Shown: one piece after another, positions 56,766 to 64,000 of the stretch | Position numbering within the stretch: position 1 is the first letter of the stretch | How the letters are laid out: every line of letters starts with the position of its first letter | Assembly: GCA_050184075.1 (NCBI GenBank) | Contig: JBFXAS010000002.1 | Coordinates: 15,831 to 79,830 of the forward strand | Reading direction: 5' to 3' | Length of the DNA stretch: 64,000 bases | From: Gemmatimonadales bacterium | GTDB taxonomy: Bacteria > Gemmatimonadota > Gemmatimonadetes > Gemmatimonadales > GWC2-71-9 | Notes under the pieces: model-generated | The model's database searches: none | What the model was told of the DNA's origin: nothing | What the model saw: the letters and a program-made list of their open reading frames with translations, nothing else | Position numbers and translations under genes: made by a program

Positions 56766-58379
56766 ATGGCACGACCCCGGGTGCGCCTCGCGGCCGCCGA
56801 CTCCTTCGCTCGCTCGGTCCTGGTCCTCGCGCTCGCCGGCTCGCTCGCGAGCTGCGGCGCCTCGCATGGTGACCATCAGGTGTTCGTCACCATGGGCGAC
56901 AACGTCTTCTCGCCCCGGGAGATCCGGGTGCCGGTGGGGACCAGGATCCACTTCCGCAACATGGGCGGCACCATCCACGACGCGGTCTCGGTCGACGGCA
57001 GCTGGTCGACGTTAGGCGAGGACGGGCAGGGGATGGGGGTCGGCAAGTGGACCGAGGTGGCGTTCGACACCCCGGGCGTGCATCCCTTCTACTGCCCCTA
57101 CCACGCCACCAAGGACGCCAGCAACGGCATGGTCGGCGTGGTGGTGGTCGGCGACGTCGACTACAGCCCCGGCGGCCGCGCGGGCGGGATGGACGTGGTC
57201 GATCGGGCGAGCGGCATGGTGCGCCGGGTGCCGGAAGAGTATCCCACGATCCAGAGCGGGGTCGACGCGGCGGCCCCGGGTGACCTGGTGCTGATCGCCG
57301 AGGGCACGTATCACGAGGAGATCTACGTCACCACCCCGTCGATCACCCTCCGCGGCACCGACCGGAACCGGGTCATCCTGGACGGCGAGTTCCAGCGCGC
57401 CAACGGGATCCTGGTCTTCGCCAACGCGGTGGCGGTGGAGAACCTCACGGTCCGGCACTACACCCTCAACGGGATCCTCTGGTCCGGGGTAACCGGCTAC
57501 CGCGGCTCCTACCTCACTGCGGTCAACAACGGCGACTACGGGATCTACGCATTCGATTCCTACGAGGGCGTGCTGGACCACAGCTACGGGAGCGGCTCGC
57601 CCGACGCCGGGTTCTACATCGGCGGTTGCCACCCCTGCAAGACCATCCTCGACTCGCTGATCGCGGAGCGGAACGGTGGCGGCTACTCGGGCACCAACTC
57701 GGGCGGCGACCTCTACGTCATCAACTCGATCTGGCGGGACAATCGGGGCGCGGGCATCTCGCCCAACACCTTCGACGTGGAGCCCGACCCGCCGGAGCGG
57801 GAGACGATCATCGTCGGCAACCTGATCACCGGCAACGGCACCGGGATCTCCATCGCCGGCGGCCAGCACAACCTGGTCGAGCGGAACCTGATCCAGGGCA
57901 ATCGCACGGGGATCATGCTGCTCGCGGTCAAGGACCAGCGCTACTACCCGAGCACGAACAACGTGATCCGCGACAACGTGATCCTCGAGTCGTCCCGGAT
58001 CGACCTGGCCACCAGCGGACTCGGCAACGTCGGCAACTGCTATCAGAACAACGTCCATCGCGCTTCGCTCCCCTCCGGCCTGCAGACGCTGCAGCCGTGC
58101 GAGGGATTCCGCCTCCCCGTGGTGGGCGACCTCCGCGCCTACTTCGGCTCGCTCGCCGGGCGCGCGGCGCTGATGAACGGGCGCGACTCGCCCCAGACCA
58201 TCACCTGGTGGAAGACGGTGCCCCACCCCGAGCCGCAGCCGACCATGCCTTTGGGCGCCGACGCGCCGGTTCGGCCACCGGCGCACCCGTTCGACGGCTA
58301 TCCGGTGGATCTCGAGGCGATCGTCACGCCGGAGCCGGTCCGTCCCACGGCCCTCGCCGCGAATCGGGGCCGCCCGTGA
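56766..58379 (+). CDS. lipoprotein with an N-terminal type-1 cupredoxin domain fused to a NosD-like beta-helix (paralog)
   Basis: Lipobox LAGSLASCG. Cupredoxin ligands TIHDA ... FYCPYHATKDASNGM. Collinear with 54847-56658 and, by eye, roughly 60% identical through the beta-helix. It lacks the C-terminal TM helices. Confidence 0.8.
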   Translation: MARPRVRLAAADSFARSVLVLALAGSLASCGASHGDHQVFVTMGDNVFSPREIRVPVGTRIHFRNMGGTIHDAVSVDGSWSTLGEDGQGMGVGKWTEVAFDTPGVHPFYCPYHATKDASNGMVGVVVVGDVDYSPGGRAGGMDVVDRASGMVRRVPEEYPTIQSGVDAAAPGDLVLIAEGTYHEEIYVTTPSITLRGTDRNRVILDGEFQRANGILVFANAVAVENLTVRHYTLNGILWSGVTGYRGSYLTAVNNGDYGIYAFDSYEGVLDHSYGSGSPDAGFYIGGCHPCKTILDSLIAERNGGGYSGTNSGGDLYVINSIWRDNRGAGISPNTFDVEPDPPERETIIVGNLITGNGTGISIAGGQHNLVERNLIQGNRTGIMLLAVKDQRYYPSTNNVIRDNVILESSRIDLATSGLGNVGNCYQNNVHRASLPSGLQTLQPCEGFRLPVVGDLRAYFGSLAGRAALMNGRDSPQTITWWKTVPHPEPQPTMPLGADAPVRPPAHPFDGYPVDLEAIVTPEPVRPTALAANRGRP

Positions 58380-58696
58380 GCGGCTCCTTCCTGACCCTGC
58401 TCTCGCCCCTGACGCCGCTCGGGCTGCTCCACGTGCTCTACGGCTACGTGCTGCCGATCACCATCGTCTGCGTCTGGACCGCGACGGCCGTGCTCGATCT
58501 GGCCAACTCGGAGCGGACCCGTGGAACGACGCTGGCCTGGTCGGCGCTGGTGCTCGGCGTCCCGGTGCTCGGCAGCGTCGGATACCTCCTGTTCAGCCGC
58601 CGCACACTCCCGCCCCGCGTCGCCATCGCCATCGTGGTCGGCGGCCTCGGGATCGTCGGCGCCAGCTACGGGCTCAGCTACGCCCTGATCGGATGA
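58376..58696 (+). CDS. PLDc_N-type small membrane protein
   Basis: GTG 58376 overlaps the upstream stop (GTGA). Motif VWTATAVLDLANSERTRGTTLAWSALVLGVPVLGSVGYLLFSRR, typical of the short 'PLD nuclease N-terminal' membrane domain. Confidence 0.7.
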   Translation: MSGSFLTLLSPLTPLGLLHVLYGYVLPITIVCVWTATAVLDLANSERTRGTTLAWSALVLGVPVLGSVGYLLFSRRTLPPRVAIAIVVGGLGIVGASYGLSYALIG

Positions 58697-58700
58697 CCTC

Positions 58701-59009
58701 ATGACCGATACCGCCGCTCTGCCTTCGAGCTGGCAGGTGCTCCTCGACCTGTACGGCTTCGTGCTGCCGTTCATGCTCTACGCGGCCTGGTCGACGCTCG
58801 TCTTCTGGGATCTTGGCCGTCGCGAGGACCTGAGCGCCGGGGCGACCTCCGGATGGCTCGCCGTCGTCCTGCTGCTGCCCTTCGTCGGCGCGCTGGCCTA
58901 TCTGCTGGCCGCGCGCACGGCGCTGCCCCGCCACTTCCGGGTCTCGGTGGTAAGTGCCGGTGTCGGGATGTACCTGCTGGTGCTGCTCCTTACCGGCGGG
59001 CTCGGCTGA
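58701..59009 (+). CDS. PLDc_N-type small membrane protein (second copy)
   Basis: AWSTLVFWDLGRREDLSAGATSGWLAVVLLLPFVGALAYLLAART, plus one further TM helix. It starts 4 nt after the previous gene. Confidence 0.7.
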   Translation: MTDTAALPSSWQVLLDLYGFVLPFMLYAAWSTLVFWDLGRREDLSAGATSGWLAVVLLLPFVGALAYLLAARTALPRHFRVSVVSAGVGMYLLVLLLTGGLG

Positions 59010-59013
59010 GCCC

Positions 59014-59994
59014 ATGAGGCTGTCGAGGCGCGACGCGATCGTCTTCGGCTCCGGGCTCGCCGCTGGCTCGCTCGGATTGTGGGGCCTGAGCCGCCGCGGG
59101 GCCGCGGAGCCCGAGCGACACCGGGTGAGCCGGCTCGCCGAGCGCGCGAGCTATGGCCACGGGGTCGCGCCACCCCCGGAAGTCGGCCCGCTCGCCCTGG
59201 ATCGGGTCACCCGCCCGCCCGCGCCGACCCGGCCTTTGGAGGGCCGGACCCGAGCGCTCGATCTCGAGGTCGTGGATCAGCGGGTCGCGGTCGCCCAGGA
59301 GCGCTCGCTCGCCGCGTGGACGTTCGGGGGCTCGCTGCCGGGCCCGATCCTCCGGGCGGCCCTCGACGACCCGTTGGAGATCACGCTCAGAAACCGAAGC
59401 GGCGAAGCGCACAATCTCCACTTCCATGGCAGCCACGATGTGGCCGCCGACGGGTGGGAGCCCGTTCCGCCGGGTGGCGAGACGGTGTACCGGCTCTCGG
59501 CCGGACCGATCGGGGTCCATCCCTACCACTGCGACATGACCCCGGACGGCGATCACATCGCCAACGGGCTCTACGGCGCCCTGATCGTCGACCCGCCCGG
59601 CGGGCGCCCGCCCGCTGAGGAGTTCGTCCTGGTGCTCGGCGGCTTCGATACCGACGGCGACGGCCGGAGCGACGTCTTCGGCTTCAACGGGATGTGCGGC
59701 TTCTACGCCAAGTTCCCGCTCAAGGTGGCGGTGGGCAGCCTGGTCCGGGTTTACGTCGTCAACATGGCGGTGGACCAGCCGATGGCGTCGTTCCACCTCC
59801 ACGCGCAGACCTTCGACGTCTATCGGACCGGCACCAGACTCACCCCCGACGATCACACCGACGTGGTGATGCTGGGGCCGACCGAGCGCGCCATCCTCGA
59901 GTTCAGGCTACCCGATCGCGGCCGCTACATGTTCCACCCGCATCAGCGTCACCTCGCCGAGGGTGGCGCGATGGGCTGGTTCGCCGCGGTCTAG
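59014..59994 (+). CDS. Tat-exported two-domain copper protein of the NirK (copper nitrite reductase) / multicopper oxidase family, with non-canonical active-site residues
   Basis: ATG 59014 gives MRLSRRDAIVFGSGLAAGSLG (Tat). It is collinear with NirK blocks: AWTFGGSLPGP, HNLHFH, VHPYHCDMTPDGDHIANGLYGALIV, FHLHAQ and MFHPHQRHLAEGGAMGWF. Confidence 0.8.
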   Translation: MRLSRRDAIVFGSGLAAGSLGLWGLSRRGAAEPERHRVSRLAERASYGHGVAPPPEVGPLALDRVTRPPAPTRPLEGRTRALDLEVVDQRVAVAQERSLAAWTFGGSLPGPILRAALDDPLEITLRNRSGEAHNLHFHGSHDVAADGWEPVPPGGETVYRLSAGPIGVHPYHCDMTPDGDHIANGLYGALIVDPPGGRPPAEEFVLVLGGFDTDGDGRSDVFGFNGMCGFYAKFPLKVAVGSLVRVYVVNMAVDQPMASFHLHAQTFDVYRTGTRLTPDDHTDVVMLGPTERAILEFRLPDRGRYMFHPHQRHLAEGGAMGWFAAV

Positions 59995-60011
59995 CCCCCG
60001 GCGGAGAGTCC

Positions 60012-60464
60012 TCACTTCTTTCGCGAGATTGTCCAGACGTAGGCCGAAACGGCCCGGATGTCCGGGTCGGAGAGATTCATCGCTCCGCCGCGCGGGTGCA
60101 TCGCCAATCGGTAGGAGCGATTCCGGATCCTCGACTCGGGCACGCCGGTGGTCACCACCCGGACGATCTCCTCGTAGCTCCCGCCGATCTGTAACCAGCC
60201 GCCGCGCACCAGACTCGGTCCAAGCTGCCCACCCCCGCCGCCAGGGCCGTGACAACGGGCGCAGGCGCCGTTGGAGTAGACGCTCCGCCCGCGGGCGACC
60301 ATCTGATCGTCGACCCCGTCCGGCAGCGAGGTCGCCGCCGGCGCCACTTCGGCCGTCGGCATCGAGCCCGCGTCGGTGGCCGTGGCGCGCGAGGAGCCGC
60401 ACCCCGCGGCGGCACCGAGCACCGCGGCGATGGCCAAGCCTGACAACGTGTCCCTCATCGGCAA
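60012..60464 (-). CDS. class I c-type cytochrome lipoprotein
   Basis: Lipobox GAAAGCGS, haem motif CARCH and a downstream Met (LAMHP). 150 aa, convergent with the copper protein gene. Confidence 0.8.
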   Translation of the reverse strand: MPMRDTLSGLAIAAVLGAAAGCGSSRATATDAGSMPTAEVAPAATSLPDGVDDQMVARGRSVYSNGACARCHGPGGGGGQLGPSLVRGGWLQIGGSYEEIVRVVTTGVPESRIRNRSYRLAMHPRGGAMNLSDPDIRAVSAYVWTISRKK

Positions 60465-60646
60465 CCCCTCGTTCGAGTGTGGTCGTGGAAACGGCGCCGG
60501 CCAAGTTACGCCGCGCGTCGCCGACTCCTCGTGTGCGATGGGTGAGAGGACGGACTTCGTTCGGGCGGGGTGTGGGAGCTGTCAGGGAGTCGTCAGCAAC
60601 GAGCGAGCGCGGAGCCCGAGTCGCCTCGAGTCCGGCCCTCGCTCGC

Positions 60647-61000
60647 TCACGGGGCGCGCTCTGCGCCCTCCGTTTGGACGGACACCGCCACCCGCAAGCC
60701 CGCGACGGAAACCGGGCACCATCGGGTCGAGCGCCGTAAGGTCCCGATCACCCCCCCAAGGACCGCGCCGCCCACCAGACCGCCCCCGACCAACACCACC
60801 GGCGCGACGGTCACGCCGCACTCCTCACAGGCGCAGAGCGCGCTGGTGGCGAGTCCGCCCGCGACGGCTCCGACGGCCCCGCCGATGGCGGCGCCGAGCA
60901 GCGTGTGCGAGCGTCTCCCGATGGCGAGATCAAGCCGTCCGACGGCGTCGAGCGGGGCGACGAGGGGAGGGTCCGCGAGATAGAGCGAGTCCCCGGCCAC
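60647..61000 (-). CDS. possible small glycine-zipper membrane protein (low confidence)
   Basis: 117-aa GTG-initiated ORF with GC3-rich codons and Gly-zipper segments (LLGAAIGGAVGAVAGGLA, VLVGGGLVGGAVLGGVIG). It has no signal peptide, and the in-frame upstream sequence has no start codon. Confidence 0.35.
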   Translation of the reverse strand: MAGDSLYLADPPLVAPLDAVGRLDLAIGRRSHTLLGAAIGGAVGAVAGGLATSALCACEECGVTVAPVVLVGGGLVGGAVLGGVIGTLRRSTRWCPVSVAGLRVAVSVQTEGAERAP

Positions 61001-61197
61001 TCGAGGGAATCGGCCGCGGATCCCTTGGTCTTCCGTTCCGCCGGGCGTGCCGGGGGCGGGAATCGTCGGGCAGCGCCGGAGCCGCAGCTCCGATCCGGTC
61101 GTGACCTGCTGTGCCGGTAACGGGGTGGACTCGAGCCAGAGCCCGAAGGCGAATCAGACCCGGAAGCCACCCCTGCCGGCCGCGCTGACGACGCCCC

Positions 61198-62688
61198 TCA
61201 GTAGCGGTAGTGATCCGGCTTGTACGGTCCGTCGACCGGCACGCCGATGTAGGCGGCCTGGTCGGCCGAGAGCTCGGTGAGCTTCACCCCGAGTTTGTCG
61301 AGGTGCAGGCGGGCCACTTTCTCGTCGAGGTGCTTGGGCAGCGTATAGACCTTCTTCCCGTAGTCCCCCGCATTCTGATGCAGGTCGAGTTGGGCCATCA
61401 CCTGATTGGTGAAGCTCGAGGACATCACGAAACTCGGGTGCCCGGTGGCGCAGCCCAGATTGAGCAGCCGCCCTTCGGCCAGGACCAGCACGCTCTTCCC
61501 GTCGGGGAAGACCCATTCGTCGAACTGCGGCTTGATGTTGACCCGCTTGATGCCCTTGACCCGCTTCAGGCCGGCCATGTCGATCTCGTTGTCGAAATGG
61601 CCGATGTTGCCGACGATCGCCTTGTCCTTCATCCGGCTCATGTGGTCGGCAGTGATGATGTCCTTGTTGCCGGTGGCCGTGACGAAGATGTCGGCCGTCG
61701 CCACCACGTCCTCGAGGGTGGTGACCTGATAGCCCTCCATCGCCGCCTGGAGCGCGCAGATCGGATCGATCTCGGTGATCACCACCCGGGCGCCCTGTCC
61801 TTTGAGCGCCTGCGCGCAACCCTTGCCGACGTCGCCGTAGCCGCAGATCACGGCCACTTTGCCCGCGAGCATCACGTCCGATGCGCGGAGAATGCCGTCG
61901 GTGAGCGAGTGCCGGCAGCCGTAGAGGTTGTCGAACTTCGACTTGGTGACCGAGTCGTTGACGTTGATCGCCGGGAAGAGGAGCGTGCCCGCCTTCATCA
62001 TGTCGTAGAGCCGGTGCACGCCGGTGGTCGTCTCCTCGGACACGCCGCGGATCCCGGCGGCCAGCTTGGTCCACCGCTTCCCGTCCTCCGCGAGCGACAT
62101 CCGGAGCACGTTGTGGATCACCCCCCACTCCACGGAGTCACTGGCCGGGTCGTATTCCGGCACCGTGCGCGCCTTCTCGAACACGACGCCCTTGTGAACC
62201 AGCAGGGTGGCGTCGCCCCCGTCGTCGAGCAGCAGATTCGGACCCGAGCCGTCGGGCCAGATCAGCGCCTGCTCCGTGCACCACCAGTACTCCTCGAGGG
62301 TCTCGCCCTTCCAGGCGAAGACCGGCACGCCCCGGGGATCGTTGACCGTGCCGTTCCGGCCGATCACCACGGCGGCCGCGGCGTGGTCCTGGGTCGAGAA
62401 GATGTTGCAGGAGACCCAGCGAACGTCGGCGCCGAGATCGGTGAGGGTTTCGATCAGGACCGCGGTCTGCACGGTCATGTGGAGGGACCCCATGATCTTG
62501 GCGCCCGCGAGCGGCTTCGTGCCCGCGTGCTCCGATCGGAGCGCCATCAGACCGGGCATCTCGTGCTCGGCCAGACGGATTTCCTGGCGGCCCAGATCGC
62601 CCTGGTAGAGATCCTTGACCTTGAAGGGCTCGCGGCCCGCCTCGCGCGCCATCGTGAAGGGGTGCTGTTCCGTCGCTGTCGCTCCCAC
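61198..62688 (-). CDS. ahcY: adenosylhomocysteinase
   Basis: [29 protein letters not shown]...[16 protein letters not shown]...[10 protein letters not shown]... ending PDHYRY. I favour GTG 62688, which has GAGGAG 6 nt upstream (ATG alternative at 62652). The 779-aa track ORF's N-terminal part overlaps the regulator gene out of frame. Confidence 0.95.
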   Translation of the reverse strand: MGATATEQHPFTMAREAGREPFKVKDLYQGDLGRQEIRLAEHEMPGLMALRSEHAGTKPLAGAKIMGSLHMTVQTAVLIETLTDLGADVRWVSCNIFSTQDHAAAAVVIGRNGTVNDPRGVPVFAWKGETLEEYWWCTEQALIWPDGSGPNLLLDDGGDATLLVHKGVVFEKARTVPEYDPASDSVEWGVIHNVLRMSLAEDGKRWTKLAAGIRGVSEETTTGVHRLYDMMKAGTLLFPAINVNDSVTKSKFDNLYGCRHSLTDGILRASDVMLAGKVAVICGYGDVGKGCAQALKGQGARVVITEIDPICALQAAMEGYQVTTLEDVVATADIFVTATGNKDIITADHMSRMKDKAIVGNIGHFDNEIDMAGLKRVKGIKRVNIKPQFDEWVFPDGKSVLVLAEGRLLNLGCATGHPSFVMSSSFTNQVMAQLDLHQNAGDYGKKVYTLPKHLDEKVARLHLDKLGVKLTELSADQAAYIGVPVDGPYKPDHYRY

Positions 62689-62765
62689 CGTGCTCTCCTC
62701 GCGGGCTCGCCCGCCGTCTCGTTGTCGTTGCGCCCCGCGCGGCCGGCGCCGCGCCCCGGGGCCGC

Positions 62766-63758
62766 CTAACGCTGCTTCCGACCCGTCGCCACGAACAGCG
62801 ACGGCCCCTTGGCCTCGGGATCCGGGCCGATGATCCGATAGCCCCGGGAGGCGATCCCGGCCGGGGCCAGCCACGCCTCCACTGTTTCGGCGTCGAAGCC
62901 GAGGGCCTGATGGCCCATCAGCTCCCGATACTCGCTGTGCTCGTGCGGCGCCATGTCCACGATCACCAGCCGGCCGCCCGGCGTGAGGACCCGCCCTGCC
63001 TCCAGCACCGCCGCCGCCGGATCCGCCAGGTGGTGGAGCACCAGCACCGCGAAGCTCACGTCCACCGAGGCGTCGTCGATCGGGAGCGATTCGAGGGTCC
63101 CGGCGCGGAGCTCGACGTTGGAAAACCCGCCGAGCCGGGCGCGGGCGGCGGCCAGCATCTCGGGCGACTCGTCGATCGCGATCACCCGGGCGACGTGGGG
63201 CGCGAGCTGCTCGCTCAAGGGACCGGTGCCCGCGCCGAGATCCGCCACCGTCCACTCCGACTCGGCGAGCCCGACCAGCGGGGCGATCAGAGCCGCCCGC
63301 CCGAAGAGCTCGCTCCGGAGCCGGTCCCAGTGCCCGGCCGTCGTCGCAAAGAACTCCCGAGAGCGGCTCTGCCGCTCGGCCACGACGATCCTGGCCCGGT
63401 CCGCGTCGCGGCGAGCCGCGGGGGTGGCGCTCGCCTGGTCCCGAACGGTCTGCCAGATTCGCCGGCCCGCTTCGGCCAGGTCCCGGCCGGCCATCCGGTA
63501 CCAGTTGCTGGACCCGGCGGCCCGGGAGGCGACCCACCCCTCCTCACCCAAGGTCCGCAGGTGGCGGCTGACCGTCGATTGGGGCAGCTGCATCACCTGC
63601 TGGAGCTCGCGAACGGTCAGCTCCTGGCGCTCGAGCACCAGGAGGAGCCTCGTGCGGATGGGATCGGCGAGGACCGTAAGATGTGAAAAGACAGCAGCTT
63701 CCGATCCATCTTCAGGAGCGGATTGCGGCGTGGCTCGGGTCGGGGTCGTCTCTATCAT
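62766..63758 (-). CDS. SahR-like regulator: ArsR-family HTH fused to a class I SAM-dependent methyltransferase-like domain
   Basis: [44 protein letters not shown], then a methyltransferase fold ([16 protein letters not shown]..., GGRLVIVD). It lies directly upstream of ahcY. ATG 63758 is preferred over TTG 63785. Confidence 0.8.
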   Translation of the reverse strand: MIETTPTRATPQSAPEDGSEAAVFSHLTVLADPIRTRLLLVLERQELTVRELQQVMQLPQSTVSRHLRTLGEEGWVASRAAGSSNWYRMAGRDLAEAGRRIWQTVRDQASATPAARRDADRARIVVAERQSRSREFFATTAGHWDRLRSELFGRAALIAPLVGLAESEWTVADLGAGTGPLSEQLAPHVARVIAIDESPEMLAAARARLGGFSNVELRAGTLESLPIDDASVDVSFAVLVLHHLADPAAAVLEAGRVLTPGGRLVIVDMAPHEHSEYRELMGHQALGFDAETVEAWLAPAGIASRGYRIIGPDPEAKGPSLFVATGRKQR

Positions 63759-63776
63759 CCGTTGATCCGGATGATA
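63753..63776. promoter_or_regulatory. palindrome overlapping the regulator's start codon (candidate autoregulatory operator)
   Basis: TATCATCCG-ttgatc-CGGATGATA is a perfect 9-bp inverted repeat. The ATG at 63758 (minus strand) lies inside the left arm. Confidence 0.45.
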
Positions 63777-63814
63777 AGATTGCAAATGAGGTGCCGGGCG
63801 TCAACCCGGCGCCG

Positions 63815-64000
63815 TCACCGCGGCCGTCTGCTGTGCCAATCGGACTCGCGCTGAATCGCCGCGCCTGCCGCGAAGAGGTCCGTCTCGCGGCGCCACCCGC
63901 CGATCAGCTGGATGCCGATCGGCAGGCCGCTCTTGGCGGGCTTGCCGGGCAGCGACATCGCCGGAACCCCCGTCACGTTCTGGGGCGCGTTGTACTGGCA
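63815..64000 (-). CDS. amidase family protein, C-terminal fragment; the gene starts beyond the right edge of the window
   Basis: My reverse-complement translation reads CQYNAPQNVTGVPAMSLPGKPAKSGLPIGIQLIGGWRRETDLFAAGAAIQRESDWHSRRPR-stop (TGA at 63815-63817). The N..G.PA.S.P......GLP.G.QLIG...E..L pattern is the conserved amidase-signature-family C-terminus. Confidence 0.65.
   Translation of the reverse strand, partial: CQYNAPQNVTGVPAMSLPGKPAKSGLPIGIQLIGGWRRETDLFAAGAAIQRESDWHSRRPR

Noticed and set aside
62689-63537. The upstream 283 codons of the 779-aa ORF 61198-63537(-) that contains ahcY.
   Set aside because: This part overlaps the SahR-like gene out of frame. AhcY homology starts near KVKDLYQ, and GTG 62688 has a GAGGAG RBS.

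Overview
This is a very GC-rich, gene-dense bacterial chromosomal segment. I support about 58 protein-coding genes and recognised no rRNA, tRNA, CRISPR array, transposase or prophage gene. Most long ORFs in the track that lie antisense or out of frame to these genes are high-GC shadow ORFs (Arg/Gly/Pro/Asp-rich) and I rejected them. Three PadR-regulator plus orphan MacB/FtsX-type 'ADOP' permease modules, and a CarboxypepD_reg TonB-dependent-receptor-like protein, suggest an Acidobacteriota or Gemmatimonadota-like genome; that is inference only.

Contents from left to right:
- A prolyl oligopeptidase fragment, a beta-lactamase-like hydrolase, and an NfeD / mini-flotillin / APC permease operon.
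- PadR-ADOP module 1, an amidohydrolase, a MerR unit, a TolB-like propeller, tag and an M23 peptidase.
- PadR-ADOP module 2 (minus strand), a giant TonB-dependent-receptor-like protein, hrpB overlapping a THUMP methyltransferase, and PadR-ADOP module 3.
- A divergent SDR/TetR pair, then a beta-oxidation operon (DCC-like, thiolase, FadB-like) ending in a BNR propeller lipoprotein.
- DinB and an aldo/keto reductase.
- A candidate periplasmic 3-keto-glycoside locus: DUF481, DUF1080, DUF4440, a small OMP, two Tat-signal Gfo/Idh/MocA oxidoreductases, ApbE, a Tat-signal xylose-isomerase-fold protein and a NupG-like MFS transporter.
- An ECF sigma / anti-sigma / DUF4097 operon, and two tandem zinc-ribbon Ser/Thr kinases with Sel1 repeats.
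- efp and a conserved hypothetical gene.
- An unusual copper/haem cluster: two cupredoxin + NosD-like beta-helix lipoprotein paralogs, two PLDc_N mini-membrane proteins, a NirK-like two-domain copper protein with altered active-site residues, and a cytochrome c.
- A SahR-like regulator with ahcY, and an amidase fragment.

Most worth following up: the copper cluster (54.8-60.5 kb), the ApbE-containing glycoside-oxidation locus (37.5-46.1 kb), the AT-rich operator-like sites at all three PadR genes, a TonB-dependent-receptor-like protein with a C-terminal LSxxQ helical tail, a DCC-family gene whose CxxC motif lies upstream of any start codon, and an internally deleted flotillin.
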